A stretch of 64,000 nucleotides of DNA. Origin: Eledone cirrhosa (lineage: Eukaryota). Positions within the stretch are counted from its first letter, which is position 1. Each line of letters opens with the position of its first letter. The DNA lies in NCBI GenBank assembly GCA_964016885.1, contig OZ024754.1:10230001-10294000 (forward strand). The letters run 5' to 3'. A program made the position numbers and the translations under genes. Below, piece after piece: positions 50,075-64,000 of the stretch. Below the pieces are notes generated by a model. The model worked only from the letters and a program-made list of their open reading frames with translations, made no database searches and was not told the origin of the DNA.

Positions 50075-50260
50075 TGTTTCTACTTTTGGCACAAGGCCAG
50101 CAATTACTCCAGTGCATTACTGGTACTTTATTTTATCGACCCCGTAAGGATGAAAGGCAAAGTAACCTCGGCAGGTTTTGAAATCAGAACATAAAGGGAC
50201 GTAACTATATACTTGCAAAGCATGGCATCTGACGCTCTACTGATACCGCCAAACCATCAC
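50075..50260 (-). mobile_element. SINE group B
   Basis: Full core and tail. Flanking repeat TTGGTAATATAA at 50063 and 50271. Confidence 0.82.
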
Positions 50261-50934
50261 CGTGGGAGGATTGGTAATATAAGAGTTAAAGAGAGTGGGG
50301 AGGATAGGTAATATAAGAGTTACAGACAGTGGGAAGTGTTTGAAGTAATACCTAGTTACAATTTCCAACAAGTTGAGTGACTGGTTCATCATATATTTAT
50401 TACCAATATCACGTAGAAACATGCACATGGTTGCAATGGCAGACAGCAGACATATGTATCGCATATTTCAAGACAGCTTGATGTACATTCATCACCAGAA
50501 ACCCAAATAATAACAGCCAAAACTATTAAACAGCCAGGAATCGTTTAGTAAAAGGTGGAGAAGCAAAAACAAATACTATAATTAAGTAGAAAAAAAAAAT
50601 CTGAGAATAATCCGACATATCGACTTAGTATCCAATGCCGAAATAATTCATTAGTTTTCTCCACACCGAGACAGCAGACGAAGCTTGCTAAATCAGTTGA
50701 AACCATCAGATTTAGGATGTCCCTTGCTTGGTCTAAAAGGAGAAAGTAGACAGCAAGCAGGCATCATCTTTTAAAACTAATATTTAAATCACAGGGTCGA
50801 AAGCAGAGATTAGATGCAGATTCTAAATCCTATACACACTGCATGGATTAATATGATTGAAGTCAATTAGACGATAGAAAACAGTCAAGAGTGATTTCAC
50901 AATTACACACAGATGGGTTCATTTAAGGGGTTTG

Positions 50935-51520
50935 GTGGAGGTGATGGGGAGCAGTTTAGTGATGATGTTGGTGGTGGTTGTTGTAGTGATGGGTATAGTG
51001 GTGGTGGTGGTAGTGATGGGTATAGTGGTGGTGGTAGTGATGGGTATAGTGGTGGTGGTAGTGATGGGGATAGTGGTGGTGGTGGTGGTGGTGGTAGTGG
51101 TGGTGATGGTGATGGGTATAGTGGTGGTGGTGGTGATGGGTATAGTGGTGGTGGTAGTGATGGGTATAGTGGTGGTGGTAGTGATGGGTATAGTGGTGGT
51201 GATGGTGGTGGTGGTAGTGGTGATAGTGAAAGTGATGGGAGCAATTTAATAGTGATGGTGGTGTTTGTAGTGGTTATGGTTGTGGTGGAAGTGGTAGGGG
51301 CAATTTAGTAGTGACAGTGGTGATGGTAGTGGTGGTGATGGTTATAGTGGTGGTGGTGGGGGGGTCAGTTTAGTGGTGGTTACGGTGGTGGTGATCAATA
51401 CTTAGTAGTGACAGTGGTGATGGTAGTGGTGGTGATGGTTATAATAGTGGTGGTGGTGATGGTGATGGTGGGGGGGGGGGTCAGTTTAGGGGTGGTGACG
51501 GTGGTGGTGATCAATACTTA
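50935..51520. repeat. (GGT)-derived repeat with 21-bp unit GTAGTGATGGGTATAGTGGTG and a ~100-bp duplication
   Basis: Directly visible. Confidence 0.85.
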
Positions 51521-51624
51521 GAAAACCATTCAGCTGTAGTTTTACTACACTGCTGCTGCTGCTGTATAAGAACTACTACAACCATAAAAAATAAAGGAAA
51601 GAGAAAAAATACTGTCAGGGGAAT

Positions 51625-51711
51625 ACACACACACACACACACACACACACACTATACACACAGGCACACGTGTGTGTGTGTGTGTGTGTGTGTATGTATA
51701 TATATATACTT

Positions 51712-51745
<34 letters not shown>

Positions 51746-51767
51746 GTATACACACACACATATATAG

Positions 51768-51804
<37 letters not shown>

Positions 51805-51859
51805 CACACATGTATATATATATATATATATACACACATATATATATATATATACACAC

Positions 51860-51892
<33 letters not shown>

Positions 51893-51983
51893 TATATAAA
51901 TATATATACACACATATATATATAAATATATATACACACATATATATAAATATATATACACACATGTATATATATATACACAC

Positions 51984-52015
<32 letters not shown>

Positions 52016-52488
52016 ATATATATATATATACACACATATATAAATATATATATATATACACACATATATAAATATAAATATATATACACACATAAATATA
52101 AATATATATACACACATATATATAAATATATATACACACATATATATAAAAATATATACACATATATGCACATATACACATATATTCACATATATGCACA
52201 TATACACATATATTCACATATATGCACATATACACATATATTCACATATATAAATATATATATATATACACATATATATATATACACATATATATATATA
52301 CACATATATATATATTCACATATATATATATATATACACACACACATATATACACACACACACATATATATATATATATACACACACATATATATAGATA
52401 TATACACACACACATATATACACATATATATATATGTATATGTATATATATGTGTATATATATATATATGTGTATATATATATGTATA

Positions 52489-52521
<33 letters not shown>

Positions 52522-52525
52522 GTGT

Positions 52526-52597
<72 letters not shown>

Positions 52598-52600
52598 ATG

Positions 52601-52637
<37 letters not shown>

Positions 52638-52708
52638 GTGTGTGTATGTATATATATATATATATGTGTGTGTATGTATATATATATATATGTGTGTGTA
52701 TGTATATA

Positions 52709-52801
<93 letters not shown>

Positions 52802-52850
52802 GTGTGTGTATATATATATATATATAAATATATATACACACACACACACA
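51625..52850. repeat. Long compound (TA)n/(CA)n/(TG)n microsatellite
   Basis: Directly visible. Similar tracts at 53446-53832 and 55962-56250. Confidence 0.95.
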
Positions 52851-53443
52851 CTCCACACATGCACAAAGCTATTATTTGATTATATCCAAGTTTGAATATA
52901 ATTTCAAGCAAAGCACCACCAAAGTCTACATCGCTCTTGGACAATAATCCTCAGTGCTAAAGAATAAGAGAAATCCTTTGAAAATTGCAGTAATAGTCAC
53001 TTTGATCTGTGTAGTTGCCTTATCTGATTGCAGTTCAATCAGAAAACATTAATCAGTTTTCACTCATATGCTATTATTGATCCTCAACAGTGTAGGGCTG
53101 GGCTGGGATGAGGGGTGTTTAGATGGGGTTGGAATGGACGAAATGAAAATGAAAATATATATAAAAAAGATATTCAGCTGTATTGTCTATAGGAAAAATT
53201 ACTAAAACTATTCTTTACACTAAATGTATATAGCTGGGGGAAAAGGGAAAGGGAGACGAACAAAGAGTGATATTGGCCTGTATTAAAGAATGTTTTAGCA
53301 GAATTCAGCCAACATAAAGAAGTGCCGTCCATATGTCTACAGTAGAAGAGAGGCTATGGTGGATTTAGCTGCATTATGTTTTAAAATCATCTGAAGATGC
53401 ACAAAGAATAGTAAGAATAATAATTATTATTATATGTGTTATA

Positions 53444-53503
<60 letters not shown>

Positions 53504-53781
53504 TATGTATAAACACACATATATTTATGTATACACACACACACATATATATACATATATATATACACACACACATATATATACTTATATATATATATAT
53601 AAACACACATATTTATATATATATAAACACACATATATACATATATATATACATATATATATATATAAACACACACAGATATATACATATATATACATAT
53701 ATATATGATAAACACACATATATATATATATAAACACACACATATATATATATAAACACACACACACATATATATATATAA

Positions 53782-53819
<38 letters not shown>

Positions 53820-53830
53820 ACACACACATA

Positions 53831-54257
53831 TATCATCATCATCATTTCATTTTACGTCTGCTTTTCCCTGCTTGCAAGGGTGGGACGGGAACTGATTCTG
53901 GCTTGATTTCTACAATATCATCATCATCATTTCATTTTACGTCCACTTTTCCCTGCTTGCAAGGGTGGGACGGGAACTGATTCTGGCTTGATTTCTACAG
54001 CTGGATGCCCTTCCTAACACCAACCTCATTTACAGTGAGTGCTGGGTGCTTTTTTGCCATGGCACCTCCACGACCACTTTGCAGTGGAATGATAGGACCC
54101 CAGTCCCTATCATCTCATTTCTACAGCTGAGTAAACTGGAGCAATGTGAAATAAAGTATCTTGCTCAAGGAAACAACACATCACCCAGTCTGAGAATTGA
54201 ACTCACAACCTTTCGATTGCAAGGCCAATGCTCTAACCACTAAGCCATGTGCCTCCA
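53831..54257 (-). mobile_element. SINE group A (53917-54257) with a second, truncated 3' copy (53831-53914)
   Basis: The tail block ATCATCATCATCATTTCATTTTACGTC...TTTCTACA occurs twice. Confidence 0.85.
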
Positions 54258-54763
54258 TATATATATAGATACACACACACATATGTATATATATATATAT
54301 ATATAAACACACACATATATATACATATATATATATATAAACACACACATATGTATGTGTACAAACCAGACATCTAACTGATACAAATGAATAATTAATA
54401 CAGTATCCATTTGTTTCATGCAAACATAAACTAGTAATATGAAAATAGACACACCACCATCACCATAACCACACTAGCATACCATCTACCACACCACCAC
54501 TGCCACACCATTGCTACACCACCACCAACACCACCACTGCTACACCACACCATACCACCACTACTGCCATTCTCACCAAAGCCTTATGAAGTGAAAATGA
54601 AACATATGAACAACAATAGTAATAAATATTTCTTTTATGGGTGACAAGGGGCCTCAGACATTGAGGACAATCGAAGGACAAAAACCACACAAAATGGGGT
54701 TTATATTGAGTAACAGTAAGGGGACATCACAGCGGGAATAGCAATAAGAGAAATTGTAATATA

Positions 54764-54902
54764 GATCCATAGTAATAATAATTGTTTCTACTTTTGGAAC
54801 AAGGCTAGCAATTATCCCAGTGTATTACTGGTACTTTATTTTATTGGCCCCATAAGGATGAAAGGCAAAGTTAACCTCGGCGGGATCCATAGTAATAATA
54901 AT
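54764..54902 (-). mobile_element. 5'-truncated SINE B with a 19-bp TSD
   Basis: GATCCATAGTAATAATAAT at 54764-54782 and 54884-54902. Confidence 0.85.
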
Positions 54903-54924
54903 GGTTTCTCGAAAACCCCCTTCC

Positions 54925-55229
54925 GTCAAGAATGACCATGGGATATACACCTACAACGTTTCCCTCCAAGGCAGAAGTCCAGGCAAGGTTGCAGTCACCC
55001 ATGCATATCAGTCTCCCCATGTCCACGCCACCGATGATGTCCAAAGGAAAGGTTATGGCCGATACAGCTTGGCACCAGTGATGTCGCAACTCGTTTCTAC
55101 AGCTGAGTAATCTGGAGTAACGTGAAATAAAGTGTCTTGCTCAAGGACACAACGCATCACCTGGTCCGAGAATCGAACTCACAACCTTTCGATTGCAAGC
55201 CCAATGCTCTAACCACTGAGCGATGCGCC
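54925..55229 (-). mobile_element. SINE group A head with tail type 3
   Basis: Same tRNA head and CORE-like block, followed by an unrelated 3' region (GCCGATACAGCTTGGCACCAGTGATGTCGCAACTC). Confidence 0.78.
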
Positions 55230-55336
55230 AGATGGTTTCTACTATAGCAATAAAGCCACCAATTTAGGGGAGGGAAAAGTCAATTAGATTGACCCCAGTG
55301 CATGTTGTCCAACGCTTTTAATTGCAAATAATAATA

Positions 55337-55527
55337 ATTGTTTCTACTTTTGGCACAAGGCCAGCAATTATCCCAGTGTATTACTGGTACTTTATTTTAT
55401 CGACCTCGTAAGGATGAAAGGCAAAGTTAACTGTGGCAGGATTTGAAATCAGAACTTAAAGAGCCATAACTCTATGCTGCAAAGCATGGTGTTTGACGCT
55501 CTACCGATTCTGCCAATCCACTGCCTT
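55337..55527 (-). mobile_element. SINE group B, full length, within (TAA)n
   Basis: Core and tail present. AATAATAATA on both sides. Confidence 0.85.
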
Positions 55528-56195
55528 AATAATAATAATAGTTTTCTTTTAATGAATAAATAAAAGACTGAGGGTGTGTGTAGAGGGTGGAGGTGGTGTG
55601 GTGGCAATCATCATGGAGCATGAATATGTGGTGGAATGGTCATTTCTAAAACAGCAATTCTGTTTAACTGTTATTAATCACAAATCAGAGAGAGAGAGAG
55701 CAAGAGAAAGAGAGAGAGAGAGAGAGAGGGGGTGGAGGCACACGAGCAGAGCAGATGGGAGGGTGGGGGGAAATTCATTATTATTTTTAAGCTCATAAAT
55801 TGAGGAAGGATTTATTTGCATATTCCAGCAGCCCCTACCAATCCCCACCCCACCCCCACCCCAATAACCAAGTAAACAACACTAACTATATATATTTTAC
55901 AGAAACTATTAAAGTGGCTAATATTCACTGCGTAACTAATTTTCTAGTTGGGAAAGAAAGGCATATATATATATATATATATGTGTATATATATATATAT
56001 ATATATGTGTATATATATATATATATGTGTGTATATATATATGTGTATATATATATATATATATGTGTATATATATATGTGTATATATATATGTGTATAT
56101 ATATGTGTGTGTATATATAGGTTAATAAATGAACAGAGAACAAAAAACAGAGGCAGTAAAAATGGCATTGTGCTTAGTTTCACGCTTGAAAGTGG

Positions 56196-56252
<57 letters not shown>

Positions 56253-56384
56253 ACAGGACAGGAAAGAAATCCAATTTGCTTTATTGCTGGTGGAGGGGTT
56301 GAGGAAGAGGGGGAGGAAGAGGGGGAGGGGGAGAGAGGAGGAGGAGGAACACAAAAACAGAAGGATGGTAAATAATTATTACTG

Positions 56385-56590
56385 CATTCGGCACAAGGCC
56401 AGCAATTTGAAGGGAAATCGACCCCCAGACTGTTACTGGTACTTCATTTTATCGATCACCCCCCCCCCCCCCCCCCCCCCGTGAGAATGAACAGCAAAGT
56501 TAACCTCGGCGGGATTTGAACTCAAACCCTAAAGGGCCGTAACTCTATGCTGCGAAGCATGTCCGACGCTCTATCGATTCTGCCAATGGA
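56385..56590 (-). mobile_element. SINE group B with an internal poly-C expansion
   Basis: GGCACAAGGCCAGCAATT...ACTGGTACTTCATTTTATCGA..(C)n..GATTTGAACTC...TTCTGCCAAT. Confidence 0.75.
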
Positions 56591-57109
56591 AAATAATTAG
56601 AGAAAGAAGAATGAATGAATGAACAAGAGAGAAAAAAAAAGAAAGAGAGAAAGAAAGAAAGAAAGAAAGACAGAAAAAAGAAAGAGGAAGAAAAGAAAGG
56701 GGGTTAGACAGAAATATTGGTTAAGAAAGAAACAAATAAATAACGGGGTAGGAGAAAAAGAAAGAGGAAAGAAAACAAAGGAGAATAAAAAAGGGGAAAG
56801 AAAGAAAAAAGAACAAAAGGGTGGAGAAGAAAGAGGAATGAAAAAAGGGAAATTAGGAAAGGATAAGAAAGAAAAAGGAAGAAAAGAGGGAGATGACAGG
56901 TGGGAGGAGGGGTTATAGAGTAAATGAAGAAAAATGTCTAATGGCAAATAGAGGTGAGGTGGGGGAGGGGTTACTTCCTTTTTTTTTCTTTATAAATGTG
57001 AAATGGGTTGGAGGAGGGACAAGACTTTAAAGCAGGGATGACAGGGGGGGGGTAGTTACCTGTGTGTGTGAGGGAAAGATAGAGAGAGAAATAAATATAT
57101 ATATATAGA

Positions 57110-57141
<32 letters not shown>

Positions 57142-57643
57142 CAGAGAGAGAAAGAAAGAGAAAGAGACAGAGAGAGAAAGAAGGAGGAAGAAACAAAGAG
57201 AGAGAGAGAGAAAGAAAAAGAGAGAGATAGAGAGAAAGAGAAAGAAAACGAGAGAGAGAGAGAAAGAGAAAGAAAACGAGAGAGAGAGAGAGAGGGGGGG
57301 TATCCTATTAAAGAGATTCCAGTTCGATTTTGGCATCGTTTTTTGATGTTTAATGGAATTTAATTTAAGCGGAGTTCTATGATAAAAATGACCACAAGAA
57401 TGAGGTGGCATGTTTCTATTAGTGTAGGAGGAGCCTTAAGAATGAGAGGGGTGTGGAGTCGTTAGGAGAGGGGTGTGGAGACATTAGGAGTGGGAGGAAT
57501 CAACAGAGAATGAGGGTGAATATGTGGGTAGGGGGAGTTAAAAAATGTTTCATTGTGTATAGGAGGAACAGCAAGGACATTAAAAGAACCTCAATATAAT
57601 AAGGCTGCTGTGGACCACCTGTACCAATGTGGGGGTAAGTTGT

Positions 57644-58460
57644 TTAACCCTTCCATTACCATATTTATAATGAAATACACTGTCCAAGATTTCCGAAAAT
57701 AATTTTGAAAAAAATCAAGAATTTTGAATGTTTTTGTTTGTAAAATAACTTTCTCACTATTAACCTAGTGTTTGGAGCACAAACTTAACAGGGTTCTTAT
57801 ATACAATCCCGATGGAATCAAAAAGATTAAAGCAACAAACTTAACAAGGTTCTTATACACAATCCCGATAGTATCAAAAAGGTTAAAGCAACAAACTTAA
57901 CAAGGTTCTTATACACAATCCCGATAGTATCAAAAAGATTAAAGCAACAAACTTAACAAGGTTCTTATACACAATCCCGATAGTATCAAAAAGGTTAAAG
58001 CAACAAACTTAACAAGGTTCTTATACACAATCCCAATGGTATCAAAAAGATTAAAGCAACAAACTTAAGGTTCTTATACACAATCCCGATAGTATCAAAA
58101 AGGTTAAAGCAACAAACTTAACAAGGTTCTTATACACAATCCCAATGGTATCAAAAAGATTAAAGCAACAAACTTAAGGTTCTTATACACAATCCCGATA
58201 GTATCAAAAAGGTTAAAGCAACAAATTAACAAGGTTCTTATACACAATCCCGATAGTATCAAAAAGGTTAAAGCAACAAACTTAACAAGGTTCTTATACA
58301 CAATCCCAATGGTATCAAAAAGATTAAAGCAACAAACTTAAGGTTCTTATACACAATCCCAATAGTATCAAAAAGGTTAAAGCAACAAACTTAACAAGGC
58401 TCTTATATACAATTCCAACAAGGTTCTTATATACAATCCCAATGGTATCAAAAAGGTTAA
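57644..58460. mobile_element. TTAA-type MITE whose right-terminal 56 bp is tandemly amplified ~12x
   Basis: Left end TTAACCCTTCCATTACCAT. Right end reverse complement TTAACCTTTTTGATACCAT. Unit AGCAACAAACTTAACAAGGTTCTTATACACAATCCCGATAGTATCAAAAAGGTTAA over 57775-58460. Confidence 0.75.
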
Positions 58461-59130
58461 AGTACTGATGTAGATATGGATGTTGATGACAGTGGCCAGT
58501 CTAGTAATATTAGTATAAGTGTTTTTAACCATTTCCAGAAGGCCACATCTCTCGGGTTTTCAACATATGTTTCTCAGTCTATTTTTGGCAAAAAATGCTA
58601 AACCAGAAATATTGAAACATTTATTCATTAAAAGATTAATTAACTTTTTTTTTTCATTATTTATATTGATTAATGGTTCAGAACTATATTTAATACATTC
58701 GATAACTTAATTTTCAAAATAAATAACATTTATTGAAACTTACATTTAATAAATTATATTTATTGAAACTTACATTTAATAAATTATATTTATTTAGAAA
58801 ATGTGATTGTTTACAATAAGCTTAGGTTATTAAAATTACTCAAGAGAAGAAATGTAAAATAAAATATGTAAGATAAAAAGTAAGATAAAAAATATTTTTA
58901 AAATTACAACTCTCTATCTCCTAGAAGAGTGAGCACTGCTACCTGGATAAACATTGGTATATTTGTCAGTTGCTTTGTACTTTATAAGCATGGAAGAGGG
59001 CCTTAAAATGCTTCTTGTTGATGTTTGTTTTTAGAACCAGGTCAAACCTCATAGAGCAAACTTGTGATATTCATAGCATTCCATCTATGACCATCCCTAG
59101 GACAACATTATCCAGTGTGTTCTTTCTGTT

Positions 59131-59345
59131 TTAACCATTTAGTATTTAAAGCTGCTGTACCGGCAAGAATTCTCTCACCTCTTTCTGTTCAAGCCGACTG
59201 TACCAGGCCACTTATACTGATGTTAAGGTATTGTTCTCAAAGTAAATAACATCAAAATCTCAAAGACTCGATATTAAGTGAGATAAAGCCTTTACTATGA
59301 AAATACAATAGTAAATATTGAGTAATGTAAACGGTAAAGGGTTAA
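59131..59345. mobile_element. TTAA-type (piggyBac-like) MITE
   Basis: TTAACCATTTA...TAAAGGGTTAA termini. Homologous to 150-378. Confidence 0.68.
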
Positions 59346-59606
59346 AGATAGTGGACTTTGATTTGAAGGACACCTGACAATTAATTCTGTTATATCCAGC
59401 AATGAAATAGAGGTCACCTAGTAGATACTGATGCTAAAATCCCACCACCATCATCATCATCATCATTTTATGTCAACTTTTATATGCTTGTATCGGTTGC
59501 ACAAATCCTTTCCAGTCCTGCCTCCCTCCACTCATAGCATTCATATTTCATCTTCTTTCATGCGAAAAATCCTTTAATTGAAATCTAGCTTCACACACAG
59601 ACACAC

Positions 59607-59656
<50 letters not shown>

Positions 59657-59914
59657 GATGTATAGAAATATAGAACCTGAAAGTAATATGGTAATATACT
59701 GATCAAACCACCACCATCATCATCATTTTACATCCACTTTTCTATTCTGGCATGGGTTCAACAAGAGATGCCATTTCTCATGCTAACCCTTACTGTTTCT
59801 TTTTTTCTTTAGCAAGATACTTGTTCTGCTGACCTTCCTATATCAAGCTGATTAGCTGCAGGACATAGACAAATGGCACCAACTGCTAACTGTTGTCAAT
59901 GGAAAAACAATCAG

Positions 59915-59945
<31 letters not shown>

Positions 59946-61989
59946 AAGATACACACATACACAGACACACACACACATACATACATACATACATACACAG
60001 ATACACACAAACCTGGAAAGATTAGGTTAAATCTCCAACAAATACACTGCATTCAAACAATATGAATATTGATAAGGTAAAACAAGCAATAAAAGATGGC
60101 GACGATGATGATGGTGATGATGATGGTGACAATGGTGATGATGATGATGACGACGACAATGATGATGATGATAGTGGTGGTGGTGGTGATATGTGATAAG
60201 AATTGAAAGTTAACATGGGGAAATATATTGATATGGGAAATGATGAGACTTTCATATTATGAAGAGACATCCTCTCACAAATATATATACCTTAGAGATA
60301 AGGAAATTTAAAACCTCATAACTCAATGAGTCAAAATATCAGGCCTAACAACTGTCAAACCCCTTCCCTTATTTCACCCCATCCTTTCTGACTGATATTC
60401 CTTAATGATGTCTTGAAAAATCCATGGTTCATAATTCTTTATATATATATCCCTACCATAAATCAAACAAAAAGGTTTACAATCTCTTCAAGGCCCTCTG
60501 GGGGACAAGCTGGAATTCTAAGTTAAGAATCTGCATAATTTGACCCAATAAATGCTCTTCTATTGCTCCGTTTTACATTTAAATTCATTCCAATACTAAA
60601 ATAAGAAAGCAACAAATGATGTAAAACAGCTATAAACCCCCTACCCCACTGCTGCCATTATACATTCGGTATGATGCATGTTTAAGCAGAAAACCTCAGT
60701 GTGTTTTGGGTTATTTATTCTTCTCACTCTTTGTGATTATTAACAAAGAAATATGTAGGGTATTCATAATATTTATCCAAAGCAGAAATATAGATCTAAA
60801 ATCTTTCTTTAATGGTGGGGTTGGTTCTCAATATTCAGTTCATACAACTTTATTGTAAATAAAAACTAGATGTACAGTGAAGGATAAAAGTCACGTTCAA
60901 TTTAATTTGGTGAAGAGACACTAATTATTCCAACTGTGAGGTTGAAGATCAAAGATCAAGAAAGTCAATTCTATATTTTAATTTTCCATTGATCTGAGGA
61001 GAATATTAAACAGAAATTGACATTTACAACATGAAGATGGAAATAACAACAGAGCAGCAACAACAATAACAACAACAATAACAACACAATGTGAGATGAA
61101 ATTATACCAAAATGAAGCAGCTGGGAGGATCTTAACAATTTGTTACAATATTCATGGGAAGCATTCCATTTAGAAAATTAAAAAACATTATTTATTCATT
61201 TTTCCTTTCAAACAATTCCTGTCCTGAATTTAAAATTACTTTCTACAAAAATATAAATAACTTAATTTTTCACATTTCTTCTTGTTGTTATATAAAGTTA
61301 AAAGGCAATAAACAAAATATCAATTTATTAGGCAGATAATTTAAGTTTTGCTAACTCACAAAACAATAATAACTACCCCCACAAGGTTCAAATAAACGTT
61401 TCTAGACACAAACTTCAAACCAATTATGGTTTTCTTTGGGCATTTCTGAAATCAAATTAATGTTATTCCTCAAGAACATTTGTCTCAAGAGCCAATAATG
61501 GTATTTATTCTGAAGCGTCATTCCTGTTTTTATCTAATTAATTCATAGAGCCAATTATATTAACTTTTTTTTCAGCAGATGGATACAAGAGAGACCCATT
61601 GGCTGTATTTAAAAGTGGAAAAACAAAAAGTACAACAGCAAAGAACTGTTGTTTCAGGTAGACATGAGAAATTTAAAATATTTCCTCTTCATATTTCACA
61701 CTAATAATTGAATAATGGAGACGAAATTTGACTACAACATAAATTTAAACATCAATAAAATATGTGTTGTGAGCATAAATATTCACATTTGTAATGTATT
61801 GAAACTCAGTTTTGACACAGTCGCATCAAATAGCAGAGGTGAGTGAATGCAAATATTGAATTAATGCTGCTGTAAACCCTAGAGACAAGAGAATTAGGGA
61901 CTTGTGGGTCCAACCCTGGGATTTGTAGATACTATAATTAGATCAGTGCCAAATAAAGGAAAGAAAAAGAGATACTCTTTTTTTTTTTT

Positions 61990-62243
61990 TAAGACATTCG
62001 TCAAGATCCCAGACTGCATTTGCTTACCAAGTGGGTGGAACTCATCAAATCGGATCAAGGGAACAACGTTTCCATTGGTCTTTCCATTGCTGATGCTATC
62101 TACCGGTCGCAAATCCTGACAGAGAGAGCTACATGAAATATAGTGTCTTGTTCAAGGACATAACACATTGCTCGATCTGGGTATTGAACTCACAACCTCA
62201 TGATAGCAAATCCAATTCTCTAACCACTAAGCCGTGCCTTCAC
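61990..62243 (-). mobile_element. SINE group A head with tail type 2
   Basis: Homologous to 1355-1575 and 43690-43942. Confidence 0.78.
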
Positions 62244-64000
62244 TTCATGAATATACTGGCTTAATTACCAGTAAGATAAATAACAAAATAAAAACTTAAA
62301 ACGTTCAGTTTGTGGATGAATATGTTTGCATAAAGAAGAGGCGGGGAAGGGTAATTATTGAAGTTCTGTGTATGTGGAATATATAACAAATGTAAAATAT
62401 TCTCTTGAATCTGTAACAGGAATCAAACAGATATTAGTCATGAAGGGTCATGGACAGTGGTTTCTTTTATGTCAATCACATTAGCAGGGAGATCAAAAAT
62501 TCAAATGTGGGAATAAAATGTTATGATTGGGTTTAGTAGAAAAGGAGTCAATATCGATCTCGGCTGAAGAATAAAACAATGTGTTGTTATATTTGGGGAG
62601 GGTCATGTTGTCCTAATATTGCCAAATATAATAACTGTTTGGTTTGGTTTTCGCTTCAGTATATTTTAATATTTTTATAAATAATTTAGCTGGCAATCAA
62701 TGTTTATCATTGATTGATCAACAGTTAAAAATATAAATATAAATATAATTTATCAGTTCTTTCATCACACAATTTTGTGATATCTTCAGTGATTATTACA
62801 GTGTTTCCTCCCATTGTATTAGATAGAATATAAATATAAACACATAAACACATGCAGACTCAGACACAACCAAACAGAATACACATACAAAAACGCATAC
62901 AGAAATAGAGACCCCCCAATGTTATAGAGAGGTTGTCTTACTGGACTCAATAACCCTCTCTGCCTAATATCAGTTTTTATTCAGAGTGTCTACTCTCCTA
63001 GACAGGTTACCTTAACTATGACTTATGGAGTCCACGTCAGCTCTGAAATATATTCCTTGAAAATGAGAGTCCACCCAGAATGTTATCGATTCACCAAACA
63101 CCCTCTCCTCCCTGACCAAAGCTGGGTGAAGGATCTATAATAATAACTAATCTAATATTTAACCTTTCCTGCCTTTATTAGGGTCATTACTCTACCATTT
63201 CCACATCATTCAGGTACAAAAGAGCTTTGATTTCGGTTTAGTTTTTTTGATGTCACAAATAACTGATAAAAAAAATAAATTCCCTATTGAAAGTCTGACT
63301 TGTTAATATGCATAAAGTGGAGAGATAGTTTACAGAATGATAAGCTTTTGTATCGTATTAGAATATATGTTTAATGATACCCGGGTTGAAGGAAATATAT
63401 CTATATTGGAAATACTGAAGAAAATTAGGGGACATCAACGACAACAACACAAGAATTGTTTTAAGGATATTTTCCCTGCTAAAGCAAAAGCTAGCCTTGT
63501 GAGCCCCATTAAAAACTTTTCCATTTTGCTTTATCCACTGCATCTCCCCTCGCCAATCCCCGGCTTTCATTTCCTCCTCCATCATCTTCAGCAAATAGCC
63601 ATGTCTTTCTAGTTTTGTTATTTTTTCCCTACTTCCTTCCACATTCATTTTCATTCATTTTCATCTCACGCCTGATCCAGTAACTTTCATTGGAATAGTA
63701 TAAATAAAATAAAATGAAATAAAAATAAACCACACAGCATCATTAGGGTTAACTTTACAGAGATTTGAATGAAGCAGGGATGTGAACAGAGATACTTGGT
63801 TAGCTTGTTAAGAAGCTGATAAGGAAATAGCTTCAAATGTACTACTGCAACGTGGAGGAGGAGGAAGAGAGGAAAATGAGAAAAGAGATGAGGATGGGGT
63901 GTGTAGAAATATAATAGAGAGGACAAGAAGAAGAGGGAAAAGATAAAGTATAGATGGCGCTAAGAGAAGAGTAGAATGACAATGAGCAGAGGAAAAAAAA

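Noticed and set aside
50913-51308. Gly-rich GGGSDGYS structural-protein-like ORF
   Set aside because: Derived from a (GGT)n repeat. There is no signal peptide, and the frame drifts into poly-Val, so there is no independent support.
63337-63654. 91-98-aa ORFs on both strands
   Set aside because: No recognisable domain or clear splice signals. Length is compatible with chance.

Overview
Eukaryotic, AT-rich, repeat-dominated window with a 200-N scaffold gap at 46794-46993. The SINE families look like those of octopod cephalopods (recognised from memory, not searched). I can support no intact protein-coding gene: nearly all long ORFs in the track are translations of micro/minisatellites. The window contains (i) two tRNA-derived SINE groups, called A and B here; (ii) 3' fragments of RTE and L1/Tx1-like LINEs whose tails match those SINEs; (iii) TA- and TTAA-flanked MITEs; (iv) large minisatellites, several seeded from transposon sequence, including a ~9-kb 61-bp array with a 2,618-bp higher-order duplication. 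The most interesting signal is about 12 type-I hammerhead-ribozyme motifs (intact, variant or half) in short islands in or next to (TA)n tracts, clustered at 18.2-20.5 kb and 26.3-27.3 kb. Most have palindromic stem III, and four carry a compensatory U3-A8 core. They most likely belong to Penelope-like pseudo-LTR or retrozyme elements. Coordinates were counted by eye and may be off by a few bases.
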